64,000 nt of DNA from Geosiphon pyriformis uo1 (taxonomy: Eukaryota > Fungi > Glomeromycota). The stretch is taken from the NCBI GenBank assembly GCA_016748015.1, contig JAAOMT010000602.1:695696-759695 (forward strand). The letters run 5' to 3'. The position numbers and the translations under genes are program-made. Below, one piece after another: positions 1 to 11,400 of the stretch; positions within the stretch are counted from its first letter, which is position 1, and every line of letters begins with the position of its first letter. The notes under the pieces are model-generated. The model did no database searches, was not told where the DNA came from, and saw only the letters and a program-made list of their open reading frames with translations.

Positions 1-36
1 AGCAATTAAATATAACAAGAAAACCATCCTGTAACA
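1..36 (+). repeat. 3' end of G1 5' LTR
   Basis: agcaattaaatataacaagaaaaccatcctgtaaca is nearly identical to 8401-8436. Confidence 0.9.
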
Positions 37-38
37 TT

Positions 39-55
39 TGGTGAACCCTACGAGG
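39..55 (+). promoter_or_regulatory. Primer binding site of G1 (TGGTGAACCCTACGAGG), possibly tRNA-Trp-type
   Basis: TGG starts 2 nt after the LTR CA. Complement ends ...GGGUUCACCA, similar to eukaryotic tRNA-Trp 3' ends. tRNA identity is tentative. Confidence 0.75.
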
Positions 56-91
56 AAAGAAAATCAAAAAGGAAATAATAATTAGCAATAA

Positions 92-3000
92 TTCATTGCT
101 AAAAAGGAAAAGACAAAAGTGGCGACAAAAACCCCTAATCTTACTGTTCTTGAATTCTGCTGTGCTATTTACACACAAAATTAGAGTGATCTTGGATTAC
201 CAGAAGGGTGTTGTCCAGTAGAATCTGCCCTTACTTATTATATCAACGCCAGAATAAATTATCATATAGGAAAGGAAGAAGAACCACACGACGCAAAACT
301 TGGATTGTATAGAGAATTATCACAATACACTACAAAAGAAGTAGCAGTAATAGCCGCAACTATTGTCAAAATCCATCGAGAAATTGAGCAATATGCCAAC
401 AAAAATTTTCCAATATCCACAGGAAACACTAGGGAACGTGCCAACAAAACCAAAGAAAATTTAGAAACTAATCAGGAAAGTAACCAGCAAAAACTAGGAA
501 CACCAGCTCAAACGCCAAAGAAAACTGTCACTCAATCAATAAAAAAACAACGTATTTATTTACCAGAAGATAAATCATACCATTTTTCACCAGAAAATAA
601 GATACAAATTCCATTAGGAGCTGCATCATCATCAACATCAACTCCACAAATGCCAAGAACTCCTAATTATATTGATAAAATTAAACAACATAACTGGGGA
701 GACATACCAATTACAGGAGGATATTCATCACTATTTCAAAACTCTCTTTTTCAGCCAAAATTTAGAACGGGGTTTGAAAACCGTGAAGAGGAGTCTGAAT
801 CGGAATCCAAAAAAGAGACCAGTGAAAAAACAATCACAAGACCAGTCACTAGAACAAGCAGCCAGTCCAGAAACCAAGAAACTCGTGATCAAGAGGAAGA
901 ACCGGATATAAGGGAAGCCACCTTTAGGAACGCTCAAGGAAATATCATCCCACCTCCTCTTAGACCAATAAACCCACCAGCAGAAAACGGCAACAAAATG
1001 ACCACACCATACATTGCAAGACTAACAGATTTCTCAGGAGAGGAAGAAGAAACGGACGTGTACACATGGCTCAGAGAAGCACAAAAAGTCATCCAGGCAA
1101 ATAACTGAAATGACCAAAGAGCAATTCAAACATTACCTTTCTTCCTGAAAGGCACAGCCGACTCGTGGTATCAAAGCCTGGAAACAAAACCCACGAGCTT
1201 CGCTGAATTTAAAAATGCACTCCTGGAGTATTTTAGCGACCCAAATGCCGTAATCCAACTACAGAACGAATTCAATACTATCAAGCAAAATACTGGTGAA
1301 ACTGTCACCCAATACCTTGCTCGATTCAATCGAATTCGCCGTCAGATTGAAGCGATTGAACAAGGATACTACACTGATCCTCAGGTTTTAAATCAGTTTA
1401 TTAGAGGATTAAAAAGCAGCATTTTAGGAAGAGTACGCCCTGCCCACCCTAATTCCTTACCAGAAGCCGTTACGCTCGCCAGAGCCCTTGAATCGGCTGA
1501 GAAAGAAGCTAATCATAGTCAAATGGTTAACATGGTAATAAAGGAAAATAAGACAGAAACATTAGAGAAAAGAGTAACGCGATTAGGGGAGGAACTCTCT
1601 AAGAAAATAGAAAGTTATCTCATCCCAGATCCGAGAAAAAATACATACCAACCACCCCAAAGACGCAGCCAAGAAGTCAGCGACAGTCGAAATAATCGCT
1701 CATTGCGCCAGGAATTCAGAACAGAAACACACACCTGCCATTTTTGCAAACACATAGGACATTTAATTAGTCAATGTCGAATGCGAATGATGCAGGAAGC
1801 ACGCGAAAATAATTACTACGCGCCACCCCAAATGTCCAGAAACCAGTACACGCCAATACCACGCCAATATCTCACCACGTATCAAAATCAAGGAGCTTAC
1901 CAACAACAGTCCATGATAGCCAACCCGAATTGGCGTCCTGAAGCCCGAAATCAGCCCATGTAGAACCAGAACGCGTTGGTCCAGAGGAATCCAAACCGCG
2001 CCGGAACCAATCAGCAAACCAATCCAAACTACCAAAATTATCAACAAACTTACCTTAATATACCAGAAAACCTGATCATCGGAAACAATGACGGTAGAAA
2101 CATAAACAGAACCAAGAATTTCTCCAAATTGAGCCAGACAATACCACCAGCAGTTGCCACCGAAGATAGCAGCCTCACAGCTATTTTTCCTTTTGAATTA
2201 GAGAAAAACGAGGCTATGTTCAGTGGAGCAGCATTGGACAAAAAACGCCCAATCACTGCTATGTATACGGAAGCCACTGTAAACAATACCCCAATCAAAC
2301 TTATCTTAGACAGCAGATCCGCTGGAAGCATTGTAATGCTTTAACTAGTAAACCAACTGGGTTTTAAAGTTGATCGTGCCGCGACGTCCCAAATCATAAC
2401 AGCCGATGGAAGTACAAAGCTGCCTCATGGCGAAATCGACTCATTCTCTTTCGAAATTAACGGCATAGTAATACCTACAAAAGTATTAGTAATGGATGCT
2501 ACACAATATCAAGTGTTAATAGGGAATGACTGGCTAACAAAAGCCAACACCACTCTAAACTGGACCACCCAAGAGCTTCTGATCAATTATAATGGCCACC
2601 AGGCCAAAATTCCAGCCACCTGTGGCCACTTCCAAAAACCCAGCGCCAACCAAAAACCTATCTTCGAATTTGAAGAAAATCCAGCACTACCAGCCATCGA
2701 AACCTATCAGCTCTCTTGGGCTGATGACCAAAGAACAGGACTACCAGCTGTACCAACGTGGACCAGTGAAGAAAGATCCGAATGGAACCAGGTAAGTTCA
2801 CGAAGAAACCACCAGTGACGCAGACCAAAGCTAGAATGCTCGGTTTGCAAGAAGAAACTCTCGTCTATGACTGCGTGCAGCGCACCGGACAAAGACCCAA
2901 GAAACCCCACCCATTACTATTGTAACCGTTGTAACAAAGAAAAATACGGTTACCCAGAAAGACATGGAAAATGGGACGAGGAACCGTGCCTCGCTTGTGG

Positions 3001-5762
3001 AGAACTGTTACCAAGAGGGTGCGACTGGAACGACTTACCAGGCAGAGGAGGAACGTGTGACGCAACTTGCCAATACACGATCCTCATCTGTGACTGGGTA
3101 AGAAGAGGAACGCCGTTTGAAGCAGCGTTCAACAGAGCATTAAAAAGACTACAGCACTACCCACACGACGAGGACGAATTGTACAACACCGCACAAGCCA
3201 AAGTAAGAGGAAGAACCGCCGAAGAAATATGACGTTGGAAAGAGTCAGCCGAAGTAGCCGACGAAGTCGCCAGCTACAACATGTTCGACCCAGTGGACGA
3301 ATTCCAGGACTACTACCAACAACTATGCCCCACTCGACAAGAGCAAGAACAATACCTCGCCCAAATCAACACTTACCTCTGCGAAAACTGTCTTATCCCG
3401 TGCCAAAATCAGTGCTGTGAAGAGTGTTAAGACGAAAGGGACTTAGAAAGAAAAATGGAAATTGAGAATCAGCAGTCTCAAAATCAATCAATAAATCAAC
3501 AAGACTCACCTGACGGTCCTGAGTCAGAAAAATTTGTAGCCTATACCGACATAAAACAGGTGACCGACATCCGATACTTCGACAACGGGCACTTAGGAAT
3601 AATACCCGAAAGAGCCCATCCAACCGACGCTGGATTCAATCTACGTTATCTGGAAGACCAATCCACAATGTTACCACCCAGGAGCATCACCAAAATTGAC
3701 CTAAAAATAGCGGTTGAAATTCCGCTAGGAATAATGGTTCAAATGGCGTCGTGATCAAGCCTCGCGAAAAAAGGAATAAGTGTTCAAGGAGGAGTAATTG
3801 ACTCCGAATACACTGGAAATTTGATGGTTTTGCTACAGAACAATTCAGAAAAGCCTTATACCATTGAATCTAAGGAAAAGATTGCACAAGCAATTTTCCT
3901 ACTATTGGTAAAAATTGGGAAATTCGTGCCAGTGAAAAATCGTGAGGAATTGTCACAAACAACAAGAGAAACTTTTGGTTTCGGATCGACAGGAAAAGGA
4001 ATTGAAGCGAATTTTGCTAAAACAATAGAAGAAAAAGGCGAAGTAATTAAAAATGAGTGGTTCATTATGCTCCTACCATATGGAAAATCAGAAATAAGAA
4101 TAAAAAGGACAATTAAAGAAAAAGACCTAATATTTGAGCCCTACCCAGAAACTTGCCAACAGTTTCTCATAGGACTTACTAACCTTTTTATTCCAGCTGA
4201 TAAAGCTCAATGGATAAAAATTCCTATCGCAAACACCACAGAAGAACCCGTCTACATTCCGGAAGATACTATTATTGGATACCTCAGAACGGAGCTAGAA
4301 AACGCATCAACACCACAAGAAATTCTAAATTTCCCAGAAATCACCCTCTACTGTGAACTCACTTCAATAAATTGGCAACAACTGGTAGAATGCTATCAAT
4401 TTACGCCAGAAGAATTGGCCAAATTAAACATTGGAACAATAGATCCTGACCAACAGCGACAATTAAAAGCATTAATTTTAAAATACTCTGATATATTTTC
4501 AAGAAATGTCGAATTTGGAAGAACCAACTTGGTTCAACACCAAATTCCCACTGGAGACGCCAGACCTGAAAAACAACGCACTTATCGTGTCCCACCAATG
4601 GAGCATAATTTTATCAGAGAAGAAGTCCAAAGCATGTTGGAAAAAGAAATAATACAACCATCAATGAGCCCATGGTCCTCACCAGTTGTTTTAGTAAGGA
4701 AAAAGAACGGAAAAATTAGATTTTGCGTCAACTATCGCAAACTAAACAGCAAAACAACCAAAGACTCATACCCAATACTGTTAATTGACGAAATCTTCGA
4801 CGTTTTTGGAGGAGCAAAATGGTTTTCTACACTGGACTTGACCAGTGGGTACTGGCAAGTGGAAATGGACCCAAAGGACAGGCATAAAACAGCATTCACA
4901 ACACAAAATGGCAATTATGAGTTCAATGTAATGTCATTTGGATTAACAAACGCTCCCGCGACATTCCAAAGACTAATGGACGTAATTTACTCCAGAATCC
5001 TGTGGCAATCCATTGTTGTCTACTTGGATAATATAAATGTTTTCTTGTCAAAATTCACAGATCATCTCCAACATTTACAACAAGTTTTTGAGAGATTGAA
5101 ACATGCTGGACTTAAACTAAATCTAGAAAAATGTTTCTTTGGGAAAAATGAGCTAGCATTTTTAGGACACATAGTTGGAAAAGATGGAATAAAACCAGAT
5201 CCATCAAAAATAGACAAAGTGAAAAATTTTCCAGTACCTCGAAACGTTTCAGAAGTTAGAAGCTTTTTAGGACTCGCATCTTACTACTGCCGCTTTGTAG
5301 AAAACTTTTCAAACATCGCCAAACCCCTTAATTACCTACTATCTNNNNNNNNNNNNNNNNNNNNNNNNNNNNNNNNNNNNNNNNNNNNNNNNNNNNNNNN
5401 NNNNNNNNNNNNNNNNNNNNNNNNNNNNNNNNNNNNNNNNNNNNNNNNNNNNNNNNNNNNNNNNTGTAATCGCTTATGCCAGCAGAAGTCTCAGTACAGC
5501 AGAACAAAACTACGCAGCACATGAACTTGAATGCTTAGCAGTAGTCTGGAGTTGTGTTCACTTTGACACATATTTACGGTACCAACCCTTTGAGATTACA
5601 ACAGATCATAGAGGTCTGGTCTGGTTAAATAACAAGAAAGTGCTAAAAGGAAAATACACCAGATGGTCACAAACGTTAGCACCATACGATTATATTATCA
5701 AATACAAAGAAGGTACCAAAAATGCTAATGCTGACTGTTTGTCAAGAATGAGACACACATAA
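92..5762 (+). pseudogene. G1 gag-pol polyprotein (Gag, CCHC knuckle, aspartic protease, Cys-rich domain, dUTPase, RT, RNase H), broken by point-mutation stops
   Basis: ORFs 305, 1523, 1976, 2492, 2867, 3455 and 3821 are all in one frame. Motifs: CHFCKHIGHLISQC; LILDSRSAGS; SPWSSPVVLV, LDLTSGYWQ, FGLTNAPATFQ, VYLDN (YLDD); RNaseH ELECLAVVW...ANADCLSR, stop 5760-5762. Confidence 0.9.
3590..3995 (+). other. dUTPase domain within G1 pol
   Basis: Five trimeric dUTPase motifs: DAGFNL, (R)SSLA, GVIDSEYTG, KIAQAI, R..FGFGSTG. Confidence 0.9.
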
Positions 5763-5791
5763 AAATCACCAATCCACCCGCCACAACAACA

Positions 5792-7171
5792 ATAAACAAC
5801 TACCTTTACAAAAACCTCAGCCAATACTTGGAAACACTACAAATAGACGAAAAAATGTCAGTAAAAGAGCTAATTAAGCTCCAAAAATTAGCAAAACACT
5901 ATTTCATCCAAAATCACATACTTTATTACCGGAATCGACAAAATCCAGATAATCCATTAAGAGTTATAACCACGGATGAAAAAGAAACTATCTTATTTAA
6001 CATACACTCAGATATTCATTCAGGCCACTTTGGAAAAACAGCAACCATCCAACGTGCAACTAGCCGTTACTATTGGCCAAAAATGAGTTCAGACATAATC
6101 CAATACATAAAAAATTGTGACCCATGCCAATAAAGAGGAGGAGCAAAAACAATGGAATTATTAAGACCAATAAAAGTTGGACAGCCATTTGACAGAATTG
6201 GAATTGATTTAGTTGGACCCTTACCAATAACAACAAGAAACAACCATTATATTGCAGTAGCCATGGACTATCTCACCAAATGGCCAGAAGCTAGAGCTAT
6301 TAAAACAGCTGATGCTATTTCCGTAGCTCAATTCGTACATAAAGACTTAATTTGCCGACATGGATGTCCACAAGAATTGCTATCAGATCAAGGCACACAC
6401 TTTGTAAACAGCACCTTAAAAGAACTTAGCCAAAAATTTGGAATCAAGCGACCACTGTCATCACCATACCACCCTCAAACAAATAGATTAATTGAAAGAT
6501 TTAATTGCACATTATGCGAATCACTGGTGAAAATTAGTAACGAACATGAAAAAGAATGGGATTTGTTCATACCAGCAGTACTACTAGCATATAGAACAGT
6601 AAAACAAGATACTACACAATTCACACCGTTTGAACTAGTTTATGGAAGAAAAGCCACATTATCCGTTGAACTTACTATCCCAACTTATCCAAGTGACACT
6701 ATCACGGAAGCAACATTCCAGGAAACACTACTTAGAAGAACATACAAATTAATGGGAACTTTAGAAAACAAAAGAAGAAAAGCAGCATAAAATATTGAAC
6801 AATCACAAGAACAACAAAAAGTGAGACATGATAACCAGTTACCAGATAATATAATTAGCTACAAAATTGAAGATAAAGTATTGTTGCATCGTACAAAAAT
6901 GGAAAAACAGTGGAGTGGAAAATTTGATCACAAGTGGGATGGACCATTTTATATTCACGAAATACTTGGAAATGGAGCATACAAGCTAAGACTAGATGAT
7001 AAAATATTAAGAAAAGCAGCACATGGTAACCGGCTGAAATTCTATTACAGTAAACCAGTAATAACAACAAAAACACCCAGAATTGGAACACAATTACCTT
7101 TAATTCTACCAGAACAAATTCCACGAGATTTAGAACCAATAGTTTTAATTGAACATTATTCGAAAAGATAA
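5792..7171 (+). pseudogene. G1 integrase (HHCC zinc finger, DDE core, GPF/Y module), separate ORF
   Basis: HSDIHSGH...CDPC; IGIDLVGP; LSDQG; YHPQTNRLIER; KWDGPFYI. Putative start ATA (mutated ATG) at 5792. Two internal stops. Confidence 0.9.
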
Positions 7172-7255
7172 TTAATCTTAGATCACAGCAAAAATGATTT
7201 AACAACCATAAAAACGCATGCAAAAGATTCCAAAATAACAGTCAAAATTAAAACA

Positions 7256-7918
7256 ATGATACTTATTCCAGAAAACATCAACAATATAACTCAACAATTA
7301 GTTGAAAGCTTACAACAATTAAAATCCGATCTAGAAATCACAGTTAATAGCTCCAAAATAACATATATAAAAAGAACAATAGAAAATCCAAAAACAAGAA
7401 AAGAATATAATTTCGAACCATATAATATTGCCAAATATAACAACAAATTTATTAGCAAAGTTATTGAAAAATTAGAGATAGCATTGGGCAATACATTGGA
7501 AGAAATAGAAATAAGTGAATTAACATCAGACACATTTAGCAACTTGAAAACGAAATTTCCAATTAATTACTGTTATTATCAACTAGGAAAGCACTTGAAC
7601 ATACAAACATTATACTCAAAAGACTCAACTAGAGTGTTTGACAAAACAACTATCCAACTATTAGAACCTTTCATTGGAAAAACCAACACTACATTCCATT
7701 CAAAAACAGTTTACAGAATTTTCAAAGCATTTGAAAACTGTCACAAATTATTGTTGGATCCAATCATGAACATAATAACAACCAACAGTATTGGACGACT
7801 TACCAACTCGCAATTTCAAGAATTACAACAACAAATTAATAACACAGTATTGAACCACTATAGTAACTTAGAATTTAATGAAAAAATTAACTTCGATTTC
7901 AACGGAGCTCAATCTTGA
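7256..7918 (+). CDS. G1 ORF3, intact 220 aa protein of unknown function between integrase and PPT
   Basis: Uninterrupted ATG-TGA ORF. Homologues sit in the same position in G2, G3, G4 and probably GB. Confidence 0.8.
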   Translation: MILIPENINNITQQLVESLQQLKSDLEITVNSSKITYIKRTIENPKTRKEYNFEPYNIAKYNNKFISKVIEKLEIALGNTLEEIEISELTSDTFSNLKTKFPINYCYYQLGKHLNIQTLYSKDSTRVFDKTTIQLLEPFIGKTNTTFHSKTVYRIFKAFENCHKLLLDPIMNIITTNSIGRLTNSQFQELQQQINNTVLNHYSNLEFNEKINFDFNGAQS

Positions 7919-7930
7919 AAGGAGGGGATA
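7918..7930 (+). other. Polypurine tract of G1
   Basis: AAAGGAGGGGATA, 1 nt before TGTTA. Confidence 0.85.
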
Positions 7931-7931
7931 A

Positions 7932-8436
7932 TGTTATGGTTTAAGAATTTAGCAAAAAGAATCATAAAAATAATACAAACTCTGTCTCTTATACACATCT
8001 TAAGAAACTTACTTGTATTATTTATTGAATGAAACTATCATTCATCAACTGAATCCCTTGGAAGAATAATCCTTGATCAAGATTATTCACGTTGTTACTA
8101 ATTGATAAAAGCTTTATTGTGAGAATTAGAAAAGCGCTAAAGACCATTAACATTCTGTGTTTCTAGATTAGAGAAACACATCAGGCAATTGCAAGAATAG
8201 CCTCAGAGAAGACCCCAGACAATGGGTAGATTTCAGTTCAGCCTCTGAAAAGGAGTACATAAACACACACAACAATCAAGAATTAAAGAATAACTTACAT
8301 CGCAACAGTAAAAAGAAAGCCTTCAGTGTAACAGTGACATTATCACACAAATAGAATTGAGGAACTCACGAAAGACTAATTGCAATTAAAGCGGGATATC
8401 AGCAATTAAATATAACAAAAAAACCATCCCGTAACA
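7932..8436 (+). repeat. G1 3' LTR (505 bp)
   Basis: TGTTA...TAACA termini, follows PPT, end matches 1-36. Confidence 0.9.
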
Positions 8437-11400
8437 GCAGGTAAGAAAAACCTACCAATAATATTTATTTCTTAGCTGCCTTCTCCAAAATGTCCCCATG
8501 GAGACCAATATCATCAGAACAAACAAAGCAATAGTCAGACAACTTTATGTCCCCATACTGTAAGCACAACACTCTAAAATAACTCTTTTTATACAACCTC
8601 TTTCTAATTGTCACTGACAACTGTCTATGTACCGCTTTTATCAAATAAGTGCACATATTAGCCAAGTATCTACCAGTAAACTCAGAGAGCATATGTGAGT
8701 TAGGATGCCAAATTTTTGCAGTAATAGCCCAATCTATTTCATTAGTCACAGTGTTTGGAATAATATCATATTCAGGACCAGCCTCCCAATGAGCATAGCA
8801 AATTGACTGATAAATGTCATGAACAAAATAATGAGTATTACCAGACACAACAGTATTTTCAGCAACCAAAAATTTTTTTCGACTCCCAACAAGCAAAAAA
8901 AGCAAAGAACAGGCAGCTATTCCTGCCAACTCATCAGCCCTAACATTGCCCAAAACCCCTGAATGCCCTTTAACCTTCACTTATTTAACTAAAATGTCTT
9001 TACTCTTGATAAGATCAACAATATGCAATCTTTCAACCCAACAACAATTGCAGAAATCTGGTATGGCAAACAAAATCTCTGAAACACAAGCATTAATTAC
9101 AGATTGACTGTCCAAATAAAGAACTACAGCACAAGAAGACAGAACACACTCCAAGACTAAAGCAATGGCTTGCAACTCAGCCAGAGTGGAAGATAAAAGC
9201 CCATGTACCCTAATTTCAACACTCATGTTTGCAGCCAGAAAATATGCAGCTGCACTACTAGTCATCTCAACAAAACCAGTACTTTTTAAAGACCTATTTG
9301 TGTAAACCTCAATACAATCAGACCAAATCTCCAACAGACTACTATGGACATCAAAAAATGCCTCAAATTTCAAAACACTTAACACTTGTAAATTAGAAGC
9401 ATCAGTGGACCCAGCCCTCAAAAAAACATGTTCACCTATAAACCCAGCTGCCAAAGTGAACCAGTAAGGTACAGATCCCCTCAGATCCAATTTTTTCCAC
9501 TGTCTAAATGTTTTCCAATTCATCACTCTCCCCTTTTTGTTCAAAAGCCTATCACTGAAAGCAATACCAAAATGCTTTAAAGAAATAACAAAATCATAGT
9601 ACAAGAGATAACCCAAAATACCAGACATTGGAAATTTGCCAGAATTATGAAAAGCACTGGACAAATTGTGAGCCAAAGATAGCTTATTTTCCAAAAAAAT
9701 CTTCACTACACCAGCCAGAAAATTGTTTACAAGATTAACTCTTAATTTGACAAGATGCTGCAAGAAGTCCAAAGAAAACCATTTTAAAACTTGTAAATCC
9801 AAAAATTTGTGCTCTAATAAACGCCCAAAAATACCACAGACATTGGAAAAAAAAATTAGGGAAGCTAATTTGCTTTCAGGCTGCACTTGGTTAAAAGGTT
9901 TTACACTATACAAAGAAAGATGATATAAAGTCTCACTGGAAAAATCATGTGGTAAGCCAGCCTTAGATCTGAGACTCTTTTTCACCAAAGTGTCTCACTT
10001 GCAACATACAGCTGAAGAAACAAAACTAAATTGTATATGATAGCTAATTATTGGCTGTAAGATGGCCAAAACCAAGTATGAAAATTGTTTATCTGTGATA
10101 GCCTTTTTTAACACTACATTGGAAAAGAACCTAATATCAACATGAACTTGAGCTAAGCTAAGTTTAAAGAGACCTTCAGTAGACAAAAAAATTCCAGGTA
10201 TCTATGTGCTTCACCTTTTTTCACAATAGAAATTAGTAAGCCATTAATTTGCAGGGAAGCTGACTTGACTCTTTGATTGATTAGAATAGCTACTGTCTTG
10301 TCATTATTAATCAAAATGTTATTGACCTTAAAAAACTCACTAGCAATATTCAAAATGTACTGAGTAAAAGTTTGACAACTCCCAACCCAAATCATATCAT
10401 TAATAAAAATGCTAGCAGCAAAAAAAGAAGTCTTCCTACCAGTTGTTTCAACCTTACCAGATCTTGCCACAAACTTAGTATCAATCTTATATCTATACAA
10501 GTGCTCATATCTCTTAACTTTACACAAAAGTGGATCATAGAAAATTCTTCAAAGAAAAAGAAAAAAACCTCATCCTGATCTAAACCATCATGCACTTTAT
10601 AATCATTTGAAAGTCCAAAATTTGTCATCACCTTATTAAACCTGTTTTCATGAATGTTACCAAAAAACTTAATAAATCGACTGCACATTTTGATACGTTG
10701 TAGGCTAATTTTTAAATAATGCCAGTTTACTGAATCATAGGCTTTGCACATATCTTGTAACACAAGCCAGAGCTCTCTATTCTTTTCTAAAGTGTCCTTA
10801 ACAACTGACCCAATAGCAAAGATAGGAGATAGAGTCAAAGTATTTTTCAATACTAAGAAGTTATTGCCATGAAAAACATTGAATTTATTACAAGCCAAAG
10901 ATATCTGATCAGAAAGGATTTTTGATAGTATTTTCCAGACCGTCTTGATCAAAACAATAGGCTTAGTGTTTGTTAAAACCCCATTCCATTCATAAAGTTT
11001 CAGGATCATTGAAACTCATGTCCTCTTCCAAGAGGTTGGAACAGCACCAAAAGTTAAACAAGTATTTAACAGCCCCAAAAAACAAGTTAATACCTCTTTA
11101 CCATAATGTTTCTAAAGTTTATTAGGAATACCAGACAAACCTACAGACTTATTATTAGGCAAATTACTAATAACCGAAAACAGTTCACTCATGTTGATCT
11201 TTTCTATTACACCAGAAAAAACTGCATTATCCACATAATCTAGGGACATATATTAACAAGACCAAAAATTAGGCATCCTCGAGAGCACTGACTATCTTCT
11301 TGTTTACTCTTCCATTATCTCATTGACCTTAAGCTTAACCTCCTTAGGCTCAATTATCATCTTATCATCCACCACTAAGTGATCTAAGACAACTTTGTGA

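Larger units (their letters stand above)
1..8436 (+). mobile_element. Ty3/Gypsy LTR retrotransposon G1 (5' LTR mostly outside window), mildly decayed, inserted in the 3' part of LINE-A ORF2
   Basis: 1-36 matches 8401-8436 (LTR end ...GTAACA). PBS follows at 39. Order is gag-PR-dUTPase-RT-RH-INT. PPT precedes the 3' LTR. Confidence 0.95.

Noticed and set aside
305-3820. Programmed readthrough or alternative genetic code in G1 gag-pol
   Set aside because: Stops are mixed TGA/TAG/TAA at Trp/Gln/Arg positions and differ between copies, consistent with C>T/G>A decay
4150-4290. Second dUTPase copy (IPIANTTEEPVYIPEDTIIG)
   Set aside because: No catalytic motifs; similar beta-rich spacers are common between PR and RT in Gypsy elements
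7256-7918. env gene
   Set aside because: Too short, and no visible signal peptide, cleavage site or transmembrane anchor
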